Shown: piece by piece, positions 19,548 to 29,456 of the stretch
Layout: each line of letters begins with the position of its first letter
Position numbering within the stretch: the first letter of the stretch is position 1
Source of the DNA: an uncultured Nitrososphaerota archaeon
Lineage (GTDB): Archaea > Thermoproteota > Nitrososphaeria > Nitrososphaerales > Gagatemarchaeaceae
Length of the DNA stretch: 64,000 nt
Assembly: GCA_963838925.1 (NCBI GenBank)
Contig: CAWISW010000001.1
Coordinates: forward strand, 192,001-256,000
Direction of reading: 5' to 3'
Program-made: the position numbers and the translations under genes
The notes under the pieces: model-generated
What the model was told of the DNA's origin: nothing
Seen by the model: the letters and a program-made list of their open reading frames with translations, nothing else
Databases searched by the model: none

Positions 19548-21374
19548 TCATGCCTCCTGCTCCTCTTCCTCCCCTTCCTGTGGCTGGCCGGGCCTCGCCG
19601 CGTAGTAGTACTGGCCCTTCTCCTTCTGCTCCCTGTCGCGCTTGCTCTCAGGCTTGTTCACCCTGGGCCTGCCGCTCTTCACGTCCCTGCGGTACGTCAG
19701 CCCTATCTCCCCGAGGAACGTGTTCATCCCCTCCTCCTTCCCGAGAGGAGCGGTCGCCGACCCGCTCCGACCCGGCTCCCCCGTGAAGACCATCATCCTG
19801 TCCGAGATGAGGTCTAGAAGCTGGATGTCGTGGTCGATTATCAGCGCGCTCTTCCCCCTCGCCTTCACCAGCCTTCCCATCGCCTTGGCGATCACGAACC
19901 TGTCCTCGACGTCCACGAAGGCGGACGGCTCGTCCAGTGCGTAGAGGTCGGCCTGGGCGGCGAACGTCGAGACTATGGCCAGCTTCTGGAGCTCCCCGCC
20001 GCTGAGGTCCGCCACGTTCCTGGGGAGGAGCTTCTCGATCTTCAGGGGGCCCGCGAGATACGCCTGGAGGTTGGCGTCGTCGAACCCCTTCCCAACCTTC
20101 TCGCCGATGAACTCGAGGACCGTCCCTGGGTAGTCCGCCTTCAGGTACTGGGGCTTCAGCGCGATCTTCGCGCCCACGCTCACCTCCCCGGAGTCCGGCT
20201 TCTCCTCTCCAGCGAGCATCCGGAGGAACGTCGTCTTTCCGAGCGCGTTCGCCCCGATGGCCCCGAAGATGGTCCCCGCAGTCATCTGGCCGGCGCTCAC
20301 CTCGAGCGAGAATCCGGGGAACGCCTTCTTCAGCGAGCCGTAGCTAGCGATGACCTCCTCGGATTGCTGGGTCTCGACGCTTGTCGTGACGTCGAAGGTG
20401 ACGCTCTTGTCCCTGAAGCGCGTGTTCTCAAGCGGGAGGAATCCGTCGAGGAGCGCGTTGATGCCGCTCCGGGAAGGGTAGAGCGACGAGACGATGCCGT
20501 AGACGCCCGGCTCCCCGTAGACTATCTGGACGTAGTCGGACGCATAGTCGAGGAACGTGATGTCGTGCTCGACGAGGAGGACGTACCTGCCCTTCTCGGC
20601 GATCGACCGGATGAGCTTGGAGACAGCCAGCCTCTGGTAGACGTCGTTGTAAGACGAGGGCTCGTCAAAGAGGTACATGTCTGCCTCCTTGAGCGAGGCG
20701 ACCGCCACCGCCACCCTCTGGAGCTCCCCGCCGCTCAGCTCGCCCACGTTCTTCCCGAGCGCCTCCCCAAGGCCGAGCGTCTCGACGACGCTCTCCATCT
20801 CGCCCGTCTCGTTCATCTTGGAGAGGAGGGACGAGACGTCCTTCTTCCACACCTCTGGGAGCTTGTAGACGGCCTGGGGCTTGAGCGAGATCTTCACCTC
20901 GCCGCTCTCGACCCTCTCGAAGTGCTCCTTGAGCTCCTTCCCGCTGAGGTAGTCGAGTATCAGCCTCCACGAGGCCGTGTGCTCGTAGTCGCCCAGGTTG
21001 GGGATGAGCTGGCCCGACAGGATCTGGAGGGCGGTGGACTTGCCAGTACCGTTCCTCCCCACGAGCCCCACCACGTGCCCCTTCCTCGGGGTCGGGAGGC
21101 GATAGAGGCGGAATGTGTTCACGCCGTACTGGTGTATCTTGTCCTCTTGCAGCTCCTCGCTCAGGTTCAGGATGGTTATCGCCTCGAACGGGCATACCTT
21201 CACGCATATCCCGCAGCCTATGCAGAGCTGCTCCGAGATGACCGCCAGCTTCTCCTCGCCGAGGACTATGCACTCGTCTCCGTTGATATTGACGGGGCAG
21301 TCCTTGATGCACTCTAGCCCGCACTTGTCAGAGTGACAAAGATTCTCGTCGAGACCGGCTACCCTGTGAACCAT
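19548..21374 (-). CDS. Ribosome recycling ATPase ABCE1 (RLI)
   Basis: N-terminal 2x[4Fe-4S] Cys motifs, two ABC domains with LSGGELQ, GRPRVNK. Confidence 0.97.
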   Translation of the reverse strand: MVHRVAGLDENLCHSDKCGLECIKDCPVNINGDECIVLGEEKLAVISEQLCIGCGICVKVCPFEAITILNLSEELQEDKIHQYGVNTFRLYRLPTPRKGHVVGLVGRNGTGKSTALQILSGQLIPNLGDYEHTASWRLILDYLSGKELKEHFERVESGEVKISLKPQAVYKLPEVWKKDVSSLLSKMNETGEMESVVETLGLGEALGKNVGELSGGELQRVAVAVASLKEADMYLFDEPSSYNDVYQRLAVSKLIRSIAEKGRYVLLVEHDITFLDYASDYVQIVYGEPGVYGIVSSLYPSRSGINALLDGFLPLENTRFRDKSVTFDVTTSVETQQSEEVIASYGSLKKAFPGFSLEVSAGQMTAGTIFGAIGANALGKTTFLRMLAGEEKPDSGEVSVGAKIALKPQYLKADYPGTVLEFIGEKVGKGFDDANLQAYLAGPLKIEKLLPRNVADLSGGELQKLAIVSTFAAQADLYALDEPSAFVDVEDRFVIAKAMGRLVKARGKSALIIDHDIQLLDLISDRMMVFTGEPGRSGSATAPLGKEEGMNTFLGEIGLTYRRDVKSGRPRVNKPESKRDREQKEKGQYYYAARPGQPQEGEEEEQEA

Positions 21375-21395
21375 CGGCGAAGAAACAGGACCGCG

Positions 21396-22007
21396 CTACG
21401 GGCTGTCTTTCAATCTTGCGGCGATCGGGCAGAAGCTGTGGATCTTTGGGTCGGTCCCCAGCCCGAGCGACTCGTATGAGTACTTCTTCCGCGTCTCCCT
21501 CCAGACCGCCTCCTCGGATGGCTCGCCGTTGAGGTGCATCATCTCGTGCTCCTCTATTATCGGGCGCAGCCTGCACGCGGAGCACATCTGCTTGACGAAC
21601 GCCAGGCCGTGCGTGGTGGAGTTGTAGAGGATCACGACGCCCGTTCCCCCGATGAGCCAGACCATCGCGAGCGCCGCGTATATGCCGAAAGCCGAGTTGA
21701 GAAGGTACGATATGGCCCCCGTCGCGCAGATTAGCGACGCTCCGAGCAGCTTTCCCTCAGCGCCGCGAGGGAACGAGAAGCCTATCGCCCTCCTCGGCAG
21801 CGAGGAGACGAGAAGCGGGGGGAGCAGGAGCCTCAGGAGCTTCGATAGAGGTAGGACGACTATTCCGTCGCTCGACGCTACGGGCGCAGGAATCCGAAAG
21901 GCGTTCGCGAGGTAGGATGGGGCGCCGGTCTCACTCTTGGCGCTGTGGCTGCCAGCAACCCCCTTCGGCCCCTTGCCTTCCGTGTTCTCCATGGAGTCCT
22001 CTGTCAT
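21396..22007 (-). CDS. Hypothetical membrane protein with C-terminal CxxC/HxxxH/Cys cluster
   Basis: Co-oriented between surE and ABCE1; TM segments; CSAC..EHEMMH..HSFCP. Confidence 0.6.
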   Translation of the reverse strand: MTEDSMENTEGKGPKGVAGSHSAKSETGAPSYLANAFRIPAPVASSDGIVVLPLSKLLRLLLPPLLVSSLPRRAIGFSFPRGAEGKLLGASLICATGAISYLLNSAFGIYAALAMVWLIGGTGVVILYNSTTHGLAFVKQMCSACRLRPIIEEHEMMHLNGEPSEEAVWRETRKKYSYESLGLGTDPKIHSFCPIAARLKDSP

Positions 22008-22025
22008 TTTACGCTCACCGTCGAA

Positions 22026-22868
22026 CTATTTATGCGTGCTAGTGAAGGTCTCGGAAATCTTCCTGAGCCTGGAAGTGATTTTCGACTCGAATCTCTTGAA
22101 CTCCTGCGTCCGGTTCGGAGTGAAGTCCAGGGAGAGAGGCGAGCTGGAGATCGCCTTTAGCTTGTGAACCGCGTAAGCGTCGGAGTCCTTCCTGAAACTC
22201 GGCATCCTCGAGCCCCAGAGCCAGTAGTAAGGCCGCCCGCGCGGGTCCTCGCGCTCCACCACGGAGTCCCTCCACTTCCTCGTCTCAACTGAAGTTATCT
22301 TGACCCGGGTGCGCCAGCTCGTCCCCCAGGGGAAGTTGACGTTGAGCATGTCCGCTCCCTTCGGCATCCCGTGCTCGAGAACCTCCTGCAGGATCTCTGC
22401 GGCTATCTTCGCCGGGATCGCAAAGCGCGGGTCCTTCCTCCCGTGGACTATCGTCTTGCCCTGAGGGATCTCCATCGAGAACGCGATTGCCGGGATCCCC
22501 AGGAGGGCTGCAGAGAGGGCAGCCGCTACCGTTCCGGATGCGAATATGTCTTGGATTGTAAGGTTCTCGCCCTTGTTGATCCCCGAGACCACCGCGTCCG
22601 GCCTTCTCGGGAGGATGCTGTGTATCCCGATCATCGTCGAGTCGGCCGGGCTCCCAGAGATGGCGTAGCACACCCGGTGCCCCACGTGCACCTTGGTCAC
22701 GCGGAGAGGCCTGTGGAACGTGAGGCTCATGCCTGCCGCGCTCTGCTCTCCCTCGGGAGCGATTATCATGACGCTCCCGAGCGTCGAAGCAGCGTCAGCG
22801 AGCGCGATTATACCCGGGCTGGTCACCCCGTCGTCGTTGGTGACCATGATGAGAAGGTCTTCGTCCAA
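22026..22868 (-). CDS. surE: 5'/3'-nucleotidase SurE
   Basis: VTNDDG, SGSPAD, VSGINKGEN, SGTVAAA, DPRGRPYYW. Confidence 0.95.
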   Translation of the reverse strand: MDEDLLIMVTNDDGVTSPGIIALADAASTLGSVMIIAPEGEQSAAGMSLTFHRPLRVTKVHVGHRVCYAISGSPADSTMIGIHSILPRRPDAVVSGINKGENLTIQDIFASGTVAAALSAALLGIPAIAFSMEIPQGKTIVHGRKDPRFAIPAKIAAEILQEVLEHGMPKGADMLNVNFPWGTSWRTRVKITSVETRKWRDSVVEREDPRGRPYYWLWGSRMPSFRKDSDAYAVHKLKAISSSPLSLDFTPNRTQEFKRFESKITSRLRKISETFTSTHK

Positions 22869-23007
22869 TCGTGGGCCCTCTACCTCTCAGACGAGATAAG
22901 GTGTGCGCTCCTCCGGTGGGAACGACAAGCGACTTTTCGCAAATGGAAACTGCGATATCGTCTAAAAGGAATCCACAAGGCTAATAAGGGATACAGGGGA
23001 GTCAGCG

Positions 23008-25203
23008 TTGTCTGAAAGTGATCGAGGAATGAGTCAGCAGCAAGTACAGCTCAAGGTATTGGAGGCGTACACGAGGGACGTCGGTCGAGGAGTGGCCAGG
23101 ATTGACTACGACGCGATGGACGCGCTCGACGCCTCCACTGGCGACGTCATCGAAATCAGAGGGAAGAGGCGCACAGTCGCAAAGTGCTTACCTCTCTACC
23201 CTTCAGACGAAGGCAGGGGGATAGTCAGGATCGACGGCCTCATCCGCAACAACGCCGGAGTGGCCATCGGAGACATGGTCATAGTCCGCAAGGTCAAGGC
23301 GCCGCCGGCGGAGAAGGTCGTGGTCGCCCCGCTCGAGGCGGTGCCGCCCATCGACGAGAGGTACCTTGCTGACACGCTCGAGAGCGTCCCTGTCACAAAG
23401 GGCGACAACGTAATGATACCATACTTCGGAGGAAGGCTGACGTTCCAGGTGATGGGCGTCACCCCCGCGGCTGAGGCTGCGCTCATCACCCAGAGGACCG
23501 TATTCGTCATCTCCGAGAAGGGAGAGGCCCTCCGCGGAGTCCCGCAGGTAACCTACGAGGACATCGGCGGCCTAAAGGACGAGATCCAAAAGGTCCGCGA
23601 GATGATCGAGCTGCCCCTCCGCCACCCTGAGATATTCGAGAAGCTCGGAGTCGAGGCGCCCAAGGGAGTGCTCCTGTACGGGCCTCCCGGCACCGGAAAG
23701 ACCCTCCTCGCAAAGGCGGTCGCGACGGAGAGCAACGCCCACTTCATCCCGATCTCCGGGCCCGAGATCATGAGCAAGTTCTACGGAGAGTCCGAGGCGA
23801 GGCTCCGCGAGATCTTCAAGGAGGCCAAGGAGAAGGCGCCGACAATCATATTCATCGACGAGATAGACTCGATCGCCCCCAAGAGGGAGGAGGTCACAGG
23901 AGAGGTGGAGCGCAGGGTCGTCAGCCAGCTCCTCTCGCTCATGGACGGCCTCGAGGCCAGGGGCAAGGTCATCGTCATCGCGGCCACCAACAGGCCCAAC
24001 GCCATCGACCCGGCCCTGAGGAGGCCAGGACGCTTCGACCGCGAGATAGAGATCAAGGTCCCAGACAAGAAGGGCAGGTACGAGATCCTCCAGATCCATA
24101 CGAGGCACATGCCTCTCACGCCCGACGTGGACCTCGAGAAGCTGGCGGCAGTCACCCACGGCTTCGTGGGCGCCGACGCGGAGTACCTCTGCAAGGAGGC
24201 CGCGATGAAGACCCTCCGCAGGATGCTCCCAGAGCTGAAGCTCGAGGAGGAGAGGCTCAGCCCGGAGATCCTTGACAAGCTCATAGTGACCATGGCGGAC
24301 TTCGAGGGCGCGCTGAAGGACGTGATGCCCTCGGCGATGCGCGAGGTCTACCTCGAGACGCCCGACGTAAAGTGGGCGGACCTCGGAGGGCTCGACGGCG
24401 TCAAGAGGGAGCTCCAGGAGGCGGTCGAATGGCCCCTGAAGTTCTCCGACCTTTACGCCGCCATAGGCTACAACATGCCAAAGGGCATCCTCCTCTACGG
24501 CGCGTCGGGCACGGGCAAGACCATGCTCGCAAAGGCAGTCGCGACCGAGAGCGAGGCCAACTTCATCAGCGTGAGGGGCCCGGAGCTCCTCAGCAAGTGG
24601 GTGGGCGAGTCCGAGCGCGGCGTGAGGGAGGTCTTCAGGAGGGCGCGCCAGGCCGCACCTTGCATCATCTTCTTCGACGAGATCGACGCCCTCGCGCCGA
24701 CCAGAGGCATGGGAGGCGACAGCATGGTCACCGAGAGGGTGGTAAGCCAGCTCCTCACCGAGCTCGACGGCATCCAGCAGCTGAACGGCGTGGTCGTCTT
24801 GGCTGCAACCAACAGGATAGACATGGTCGACCCGGCGCTCGTCAGGCCAGGCAGGTTCGACAAGGTCATCCCCATACCGATGCCCGACAAGGAGTCCAGG
24901 GAGAAGATACTCGAGATCAACATGGAGGGCAAGCAGATGGCGCCGGAGGTTAGGAAGGACATGAAGGCGCTCGTCGACATGACCGAAGGGTTCAGCGGAG
25001 CCGACGTCGCGGCCCTCGTCAACACAGCGGTCTCCATGGTGCTCCAAGAGTACGTCGCGAAGTATCCAAAGCCAGAGGACGCGAAGAAGCACCTGGACGA
25101 GGCCATCGTGACCTTCGAGCACTTCAAGGACGCGGTGAAGAAGGTGCGCTCCTCAAGGGAGAGCAAGCCGATGGAGAAGGTCGCGGTCCCCTACTACCGC
25201 TAG
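23008..25203 (+). CDS. cdc48: CDC48/VCP family AAA ATPase
   Basis: Two AAA modules ([16 protein letters not shown]), RPGRFD, N-domain RDVGRG. Confidence 0.97.
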   Translation: MSESDRGMSQQQVQLKVLEAYTRDVGRGVARIDYDAMDALDASTGDVIEIRGKRRTVAKCLPLYPSDEGRGIVRIDGLIRNNAGVAIGDMVIVRKVKAPPAEKVVVAPLEAVPPIDERYLADTLESVPVTKGDNVMIPYFGGRLTFQVMGVTPAAEAALITQRTVFVISEKGEALRGVPQVTYEDIGGLKDEIQKVREMIELPLRHPEIFEKLGVEAPKGVLLYGPPGTGKTLLAKAVATESNAHFIPISGPEIMSKFYGESEARLREIFKEAKEKAPTIIFIDEIDSIAPKREEVTGEVERRVVSQLLSLMDGLEARGKVIVIAATNRPNAIDPALRRPGRFDREIEIKVPDKKGRYEILQIHTRHMPLTPDVDLEKLAAVTHGFVGADAEYLCKEAAMKTLRRMLPELKLEEERLSPEILDKLIVTMADFEGALKDVMPSAMREVYLETPDVKWADLGGLDGVKRELQEAVEWPLKFSDLYAAIGYNMPKGILLYGASGTGKTMLAKAVATESEANFISVRGPELLSKWVGESERGVREVFRRARQAAPCIIFFDEIDALAPTRGMGGDSMVTERVVSQLLTELDGIQQLNGVVVLAATNRIDMVDPALVRPGRFDKVIPIPMPDKESREKILEINMEGKQMAPEVRKDMKALVDMTEGFSGADVAALVNTAVSMVLQEYVAKYPKPEDAKKHLDEAIVTFEHFKDAVKKVRSSRESKPMEKVAVPYYR

Positions 25204-25276
25204 TCGCGGGGTAGGGCAACAATCTCTTTTAATCGTCGCAAGCTCCGGGTACGCAACGCAGTAGTGTAAACTCGAA

Positions 25277-26902
25277 TTGTCTTCGCAGGATGCCAAGGTG
25301 ATAGGGAGGGGAACGTGGCTCGACAGGGTCGCGAGCCAGCTCCTCGAGAGGGAAAGGTCGCTCGGCAGGAGCACATCCCTCCTGAGGGTCGAGAGCGGTC
25401 TTGGCGCCTCGGGCATCCCGCACATCGGGAGCGTGGGCGACGCGATAAGGAGCTACGGCATCAAGCTCGCGCTCGAGTCGCTGGGATACAAATCGGAGCT
25501 CATAGCATACTCAGACGACCTAGACGGCCTCAGGAAGGTCCCGGCGGGCTTCCCCGACTCACTGAAGGAGTACATCGCGCAGCCGGTCACTCGAATCCCT
25601 GACCCCTTCGGCTGCCACGATTCCTATGGCGCCCACATGGGGAGCCTCCTGAAAGAAGCGCTGGACGACCTGGACATCCCCTACACGTTCAAGAGCGGAG
25701 CCGAGGTCTACAAGAGCGGCCTCCTCAACCCTCAGATCAAGAAGATTCTCGACAGCGCGGCCTTGGTGGGCCGGATGATCAAGGAGCTGACGGGCCAGGA
25801 GAAGTACGAGACCGTCCTCCCATACACGCCCATCTGCCAGAACTGCGGGCGCCTCTACACCACCATCGTCTCCTCCTACGACCCGGTCGCGCTGACCGTC
25901 CACTACAAGTGCGACAGCGCGGAGGTCGGTCACAGCATCGTCAAGGGCTGCGGCTTCGAGGGAGACAGGAAGGTGACCGAGGGAGAGGGAAAGCTGATCT
26001 GGAAGAGCGAGTTCGCCGCGAGGTGGGCTGCGCTCGACATCAGGTTCGAGGCCTACGGCAAGGACATCGCGGAGTCGGTGAAGATAAACGACTGGATAAG
26101 CGAGAACGTCCTCGCGCACCCGCCGCCGTACCACGCGAGGTACGAGATGTTCGAGGACAAGAGCGGGAGGAAGGTGAGCAAGTCCGTGGGGAACGTCATC
26201 ACGATACACGACTGGCTGACCTACGCCTCCCCGGAGAGCGTCAGGCTCCTCATGTTCAAGCGCATCGTCGGGGCGAGGAGCATCTCGGTCGACGACGTCC
26301 CCGTCTACATGGACGAGTTCGACGAGCTCGAGGAGAACTACTTCTCGAAGAAGAAGGACCCGAACGCGATGAAGGACGCGAGGCTACGCGGGCTCTACGA
26401 GTACACTATGCTCCTCCGAATGCCGGGAAAGCCCAGCTTCCACGTCCCGTATCGCCTACTCGCGGAGCTATCGAACGCGGCCCCTGAGGGCTCGCTGGAG
26501 GAGTACGTCGCGAAGCGGCTGACGACCTACGGGATGCTGAAGGAGGCCCCGAGCGCGCAGCTCCAGACCAGGATAAGATGGGCCGCGGCATGGGCCAAGC
26601 GCGGAGGGGCTGGCTCGCTAGACGTGGCCGTCCCCGAGCTCTCGGAGAAGCAGGCCAAGGCCGTGATGGAGTTCTCCACCGCAATAAGGGAGGCGAAGAC
26701 CGCCGACGACGTCCAGGGGGCGGCCTTCAACGCCATCAGGGCGAACGGCCTGCAAGCGGGCGAGTTCTTCCCCGCGGTGTACGGCCTGCTGCTGGGTGCC
26801 GAGAAGGGGCCGAGGCTCGGCCCCTACGTGATGGACTCTGGCCCCCAGACGGTCGCGGAGAAGCTCGAAAAACTCGCCTCTTCCGCTGGAAGACATAACT
26901 AA
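25277..26902 (+). CDS. lysS: Lysine--tRNA ligase, class I
   Basis: GASGIPHIG (HIGH-like), KVSKSVGN (KMSKS-like), GPRLG. Confidence 0.95.
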   Translation: MSSQDAKVIGRGTWLDRVASQLLERERSLGRSTSLLRVESGLGASGIPHIGSVGDAIRSYGIKLALESLGYKSELIAYSDDLDGLRKVPAGFPDSLKEYIAQPVTRIPDPFGCHDSYGAHMGSLLKEALDDLDIPYTFKSGAEVYKSGLLNPQIKKILDSAALVGRMIKELTGQEKYETVLPYTPICQNCGRLYTTIVSSYDPVALTVHYKCDSAEVGHSIVKGCGFEGDRKVTEGEGKLIWKSEFAARWAALDIRFEAYGKDIAESVKINDWISENVLAHPPPYHARYEMFEDKSGRKVSKSVGNVITIHDWLTYASPESVRLLMFKRIVGARSISVDDVPVYMDEFDELEENYFSKKKDPNAMKDARLRGLYEYTMLLRMPGKPSFHVPYRLLAELSNAAPEGSLEEYVAKRLTTYGMLKEAPSAQLQTRIRWAAAWAKRGGAGSLDVAVPELSEKQAKAVMEFSTAIREAKTADDVQGAAFNAIRANGLQAGEFFPAVYGLLLGAEKGPRLGPYVMDSGPQTVAEKLEKLASSAGRHN

Positions 26903-27013
26903 AGCCTTCTAACCGTTGAATTTCTTGCTACTCTGCGGATACCCAACCAAAGACTTGCCTCAAAGCATGTGGGCGAATTAATATGAAATTGGGCTCTCCA
27001 TCTTCGAATCCCC

Positions 27014-27895
27014 TTGCGACGGGATCGATGGACTGCACCTGGGGAAACGAGTGGCCGCGATCCAACGTGGCCGATTGACCGCCTATCGTCATTTGTGTAC
27101 TTGATTGGAGTGTTCTTGAAGGGAGACGGGTCTGTCTTCAGGTTCACGACGCGCAAGCAGCTAAAGTCCGGCAGGATTGTCGAGTATCGTAGCTATGCTC
27201 TCCAGCTGCAAGTCTCCTCACTCAGTTTTGCAAAATTCTTCAACCTAAAGTGCTCCCAAGTCTTGCAAAGGCCCTTAGTCAGCGTTCGCGGACGCGACAA
27301 GAAGGGAATGTTTTTCGTAACACATCGCAATCAGGATTTTGGCAGGTGGTGGGTCGGCCAGACTTTGGACTCTCTAAGACCCTTCATCGAAGCATTCCCG
27401 CGCGAGTATCTTCGTGGTAGGTTCGACAGCGAAGCAAACGTCAACGGCTACGCTGTCACAATGTACGGCGCGGAGGGTCATCGAGAGGTGATGGAGTTCG
27501 ACAGAGACTTGTGCGCCAAACTGGGAATGCGTGTTGGCAACCTCCATGTCTATTGCAAGAAGGGAACACGTACCTACATTGAGGGACGTTTGGTCATAAC
27601 TACCATGGACAAGCTCCGATTTGGCGTGAACGCCAAGGACTTTCTAAGAATCATCGGTGGTCTGGCAGTGAGTGAGCGAGATGAACGTCTGAGGGCCATG
27701 ATAAAGGGCCGAGCCTGGACTCCGTGGTCAAGGGAAGTAAGGGCACGGTCGGTCGACCTATTTCGACAAGGCCTAAATCCAAAGCAGATATCAGTAAAGC
27801 TGAGGTCAGACCTTGCGGTCGACGTCCCTCCGATCACAATATACTTTTGGGTGAGGCGAGGGACAAGGTCATGGTCTGATTTCAGCCAAGTCTGA
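27014..27895 (+). CDS. Free-standing LAGLIDADG homing endonuclease with C-terminal HTH-like segment; possibly 5'-truncated
   Basis: YLIGVFLKGDGSV and YLRGRFDSEANV motifs; lower GC than flanks; in-frame TGA a few codons upstream of the TTG. Confidence 0.75.
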   Translation: MRRDRWTAPGETSGRDPTWPIDRLSSFVYLIGVFLKGDGSVFRFTTRKQLKSGRIVEYRSYALQLQVSSLSFAKFFNLKCSQVLQRPLVSVRGRDKKGMFFVTHRNQDFGRWWVGQTLDSLRPFIEAFPREYLRGRFDSEANVNGYAVTMYGAEGHREVMEFDRDLCAKLGMRVGNLHVYCKKGTRTYIEGRLVITTMDKLRFGVNAKDFLRIIGGLAVSERDERLRAMIKGRAWTPWSREVRARSVDLFRQGLNPKQISVKLRSDLAVDVPPITIYFWVRRGTRSWSDFSQV

Positions 27896-27943
27896 TGATT
27901 GAAGTTGCTCGATTCTGCGTTCTCTTGAGGTCCCGCACTTTCA

Positions 27944-27952
27944 TTTTTAATA
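27944..27952 (+). promoter_or_regulatory. TATA box of tRNA-Arg
   Basis: TTTTTAATA ~25-30 nt upstream of the tRNA 5' end. Confidence 0.6.
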
Positions 27953-27975
27953 CCCAAGCAAACCTGGCCTCGCTG

Positions 27976-28070
27976 GGGCCCGTAGCCTAGTATGGATCAG
28001 GGCGTCAGCCTGCGATCAGTCCTGGCCGAGAGCTGGAGATCGAGAGTTCAAATCTCTCCTGGGCCCGCCA
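27976..28070 (+). tRNA. tRNA-Arg(GCG) with 15-nt canonical 37/38 intron (28016-28030) and encoded CCA
   Basis: GGGCCCG acceptor; D arm; TCAGC-CTGCGA|intron|A-GCTGG; T arm GAGAG-TTCAAAT-CTCTC; relaxed BHB; one extra base at the T/acceptor junction. Confidence 0.85.
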
Positions 28071-29140
28071 ACTTTTCACGCTCGACTAGTCTGCGAAGAG
28101 CCGAATTCCTGCCTGGGCCCGCTTAAATTATTGAGCGAATCCCGAAATGCGATAGGGCGACGCCTTCCCTGGAAGAAGCAACGCAATTCATAAATCAGCG
28201 ACTGCGCCGAACGTGCCGAAGAGCATGTCAGTGGACTCCACGACCTGGGTCAAAGTGGAGTGGTAAGGTACGGGAGCAGCACGGGGCATATTCGCCTTCA
28301 TCGTGATAATGGCGATGGCTGCCTCAGTCCTTTACTTCTATACTCAGCAGCAGAACTTCGCGTTCAACAATGCGCCGACCAGCAGCACGTCTTTGTCCCA
28401 ACTGAATTGCCCGTATGGATCCTATCAACTCAATGATTCCTGTATGGCAATTGGCGGGACCACCACGGTCAGGCCGTCGCCACCTGCGACAATCGGTAAC
28501 TCGGGCGGCGGTCAGAACCCAGGTAGCGCAGGTTGCTTTGGCTGTGTTACCATCACAGACATTAGCTCAAACGTAGTCAACTCAAGAATGAACTCAGTCT
28601 GCGACATCCCGAGCTGGAATTGGGGATCGCTGGGCATGGTAATCGGACCGAATGTCCAAGGCAGCGGCAGAACCTTTAGAGTTCAATTCACCATCAGCGC
28701 TGCGTCCGGAACCGCATGCCAGAATGCAGACGACGTCTACAACGTCTATCTAGAGAATTCCAATAACATCCCCGTCTACATTCTGTCTGTGTCACCGAGC
28801 TTGCCCTATAACGTATTGACCGGAACAAGCCAGGTCTTCACGGTAACCTTCCAAGCACTCGACGGCAGCTACTACAACGGTGCACTAGTACTGACGATTC
28901 AAATTGAAGGCAACTAGTTATCAAAACCCGACCCTCGATGCGAAGACGAGAGAATGTCGTCGAGCAAGTCATTCATCCGTCAGGAATAAGGACGGGCCTT
29001 CTGTTGACCCGTCCATCGAGGGGAATCAAGTCTTCGGTCTGCCCGCATGCGGGAAGGACACGCGCTGGACTGTTCCTCTGCAAAGGGGGTCTACACAGGG
29101 TTCGCTCAAAGATATCAAGCGCATCTCTCAGGGCCCGCCA
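28071..29140. mobile_element. Micro-island at the tRNA-Arg 3' end bounded by tRNA 3'-end repeats
   Basis: ATCTCTC(CT/A)GGGCCCGCCA at 28052-28070 and 29123-29140; partial copy CCTGGGCCCGC at 28112-28122; lower GC. Confidence 0.7.
28303..28917 (+). CDS. Hypothetical secreted/membrane-anchored Cys-containing protein; possibly a pseudogene (in-frame ATG 28225 cut off by TAA 28264)
   Basis: TM at start, beta-rich C-terminus; upstream frame reads MSVDSTTWVKVEW*GTGAARGIFAFI. Confidence 0.55.
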   Translation: MIMAMAASVLYFYTQQQNFAFNNAPTSSTSLSQLNCPYGSYQLNDSCMAIGGTTTVRPSPPATIGNSGGGQNPGSAGCFGCVTITDISSNVVNSRMNSVCDIPSWNWGSLGMVIGPNVQGSGRTFRVQFTISAASGTACQNADDVYNVYLENSNNIPVYILSVSPSLPYNVLTGTSQVFTVTFQALDGSYYNGALVLTIQIEGN

Positions 29141-29196
29141 CCTCTCTCCAAGCCAAATCAAAGTCAATAAATAGCCGGAGGGGTCCCTCACGAACG

Positions 29197-29430
29197 TTGG
29201 AACTGGTCTGCTGCTCCATGCCGTGCGACGACGATTGCGTCCAGCTGACCGACCGCGAGTCGTCGGTCTGCAAGGTGATATGCGAATCGCAGGAGCCGAT
29301 TTCGTTCAGCAAGATCAAGGAGCGCACCGACCTGCATCAGGAGGTCGTGTCCCGCGTCGTACACAGGCTAGTGGTCCACGGCCTGGTCGAGAAGACCGCC
29401 GGCGGGTACGCCGGCAACTGCAGTCAATAA
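29197..29430 (+). CDS. Small Cys-rich winged-helix protein, putative arsenic-responsive regulator (TTG 29197 or ATG 29218)
   Basis: AATAAATA box at 29166; CCSMPCDDDC N-terminus; wHTH ISFSKIKERTDLHQEVVSRVVHRLVVHGLVEK; precedes aqp-arsC. Confidence 0.65.
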   Translation: MELVCCSMPCDDDCVQLTDRESSVCKVICESQEPISFSKIKERTDLHQEVVSRVVHRLVVHGLVEKTAGGYAGNCSQ

Positions 29431-29456
29431 TTACCCCCTCCCGAGCGCTCTAGCCG

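Noticed and set aside
19465-19551. TGA recoding (Sec/Trp) in MTSPLSAPG*ACSK upstream of the trm5-like gene
   Set aside because: TGA is a normal stop for many genes here, no SECIS-like element is evident, and the peptide is not Trm5-like
26880-27895. lysS ending in His-Asn, in frame with the LAGLIDADG ORF, as an intein
   Set aside because: HN is followed by a stop and precedes rather than follows the endonuclease; no intein block A/B is seen
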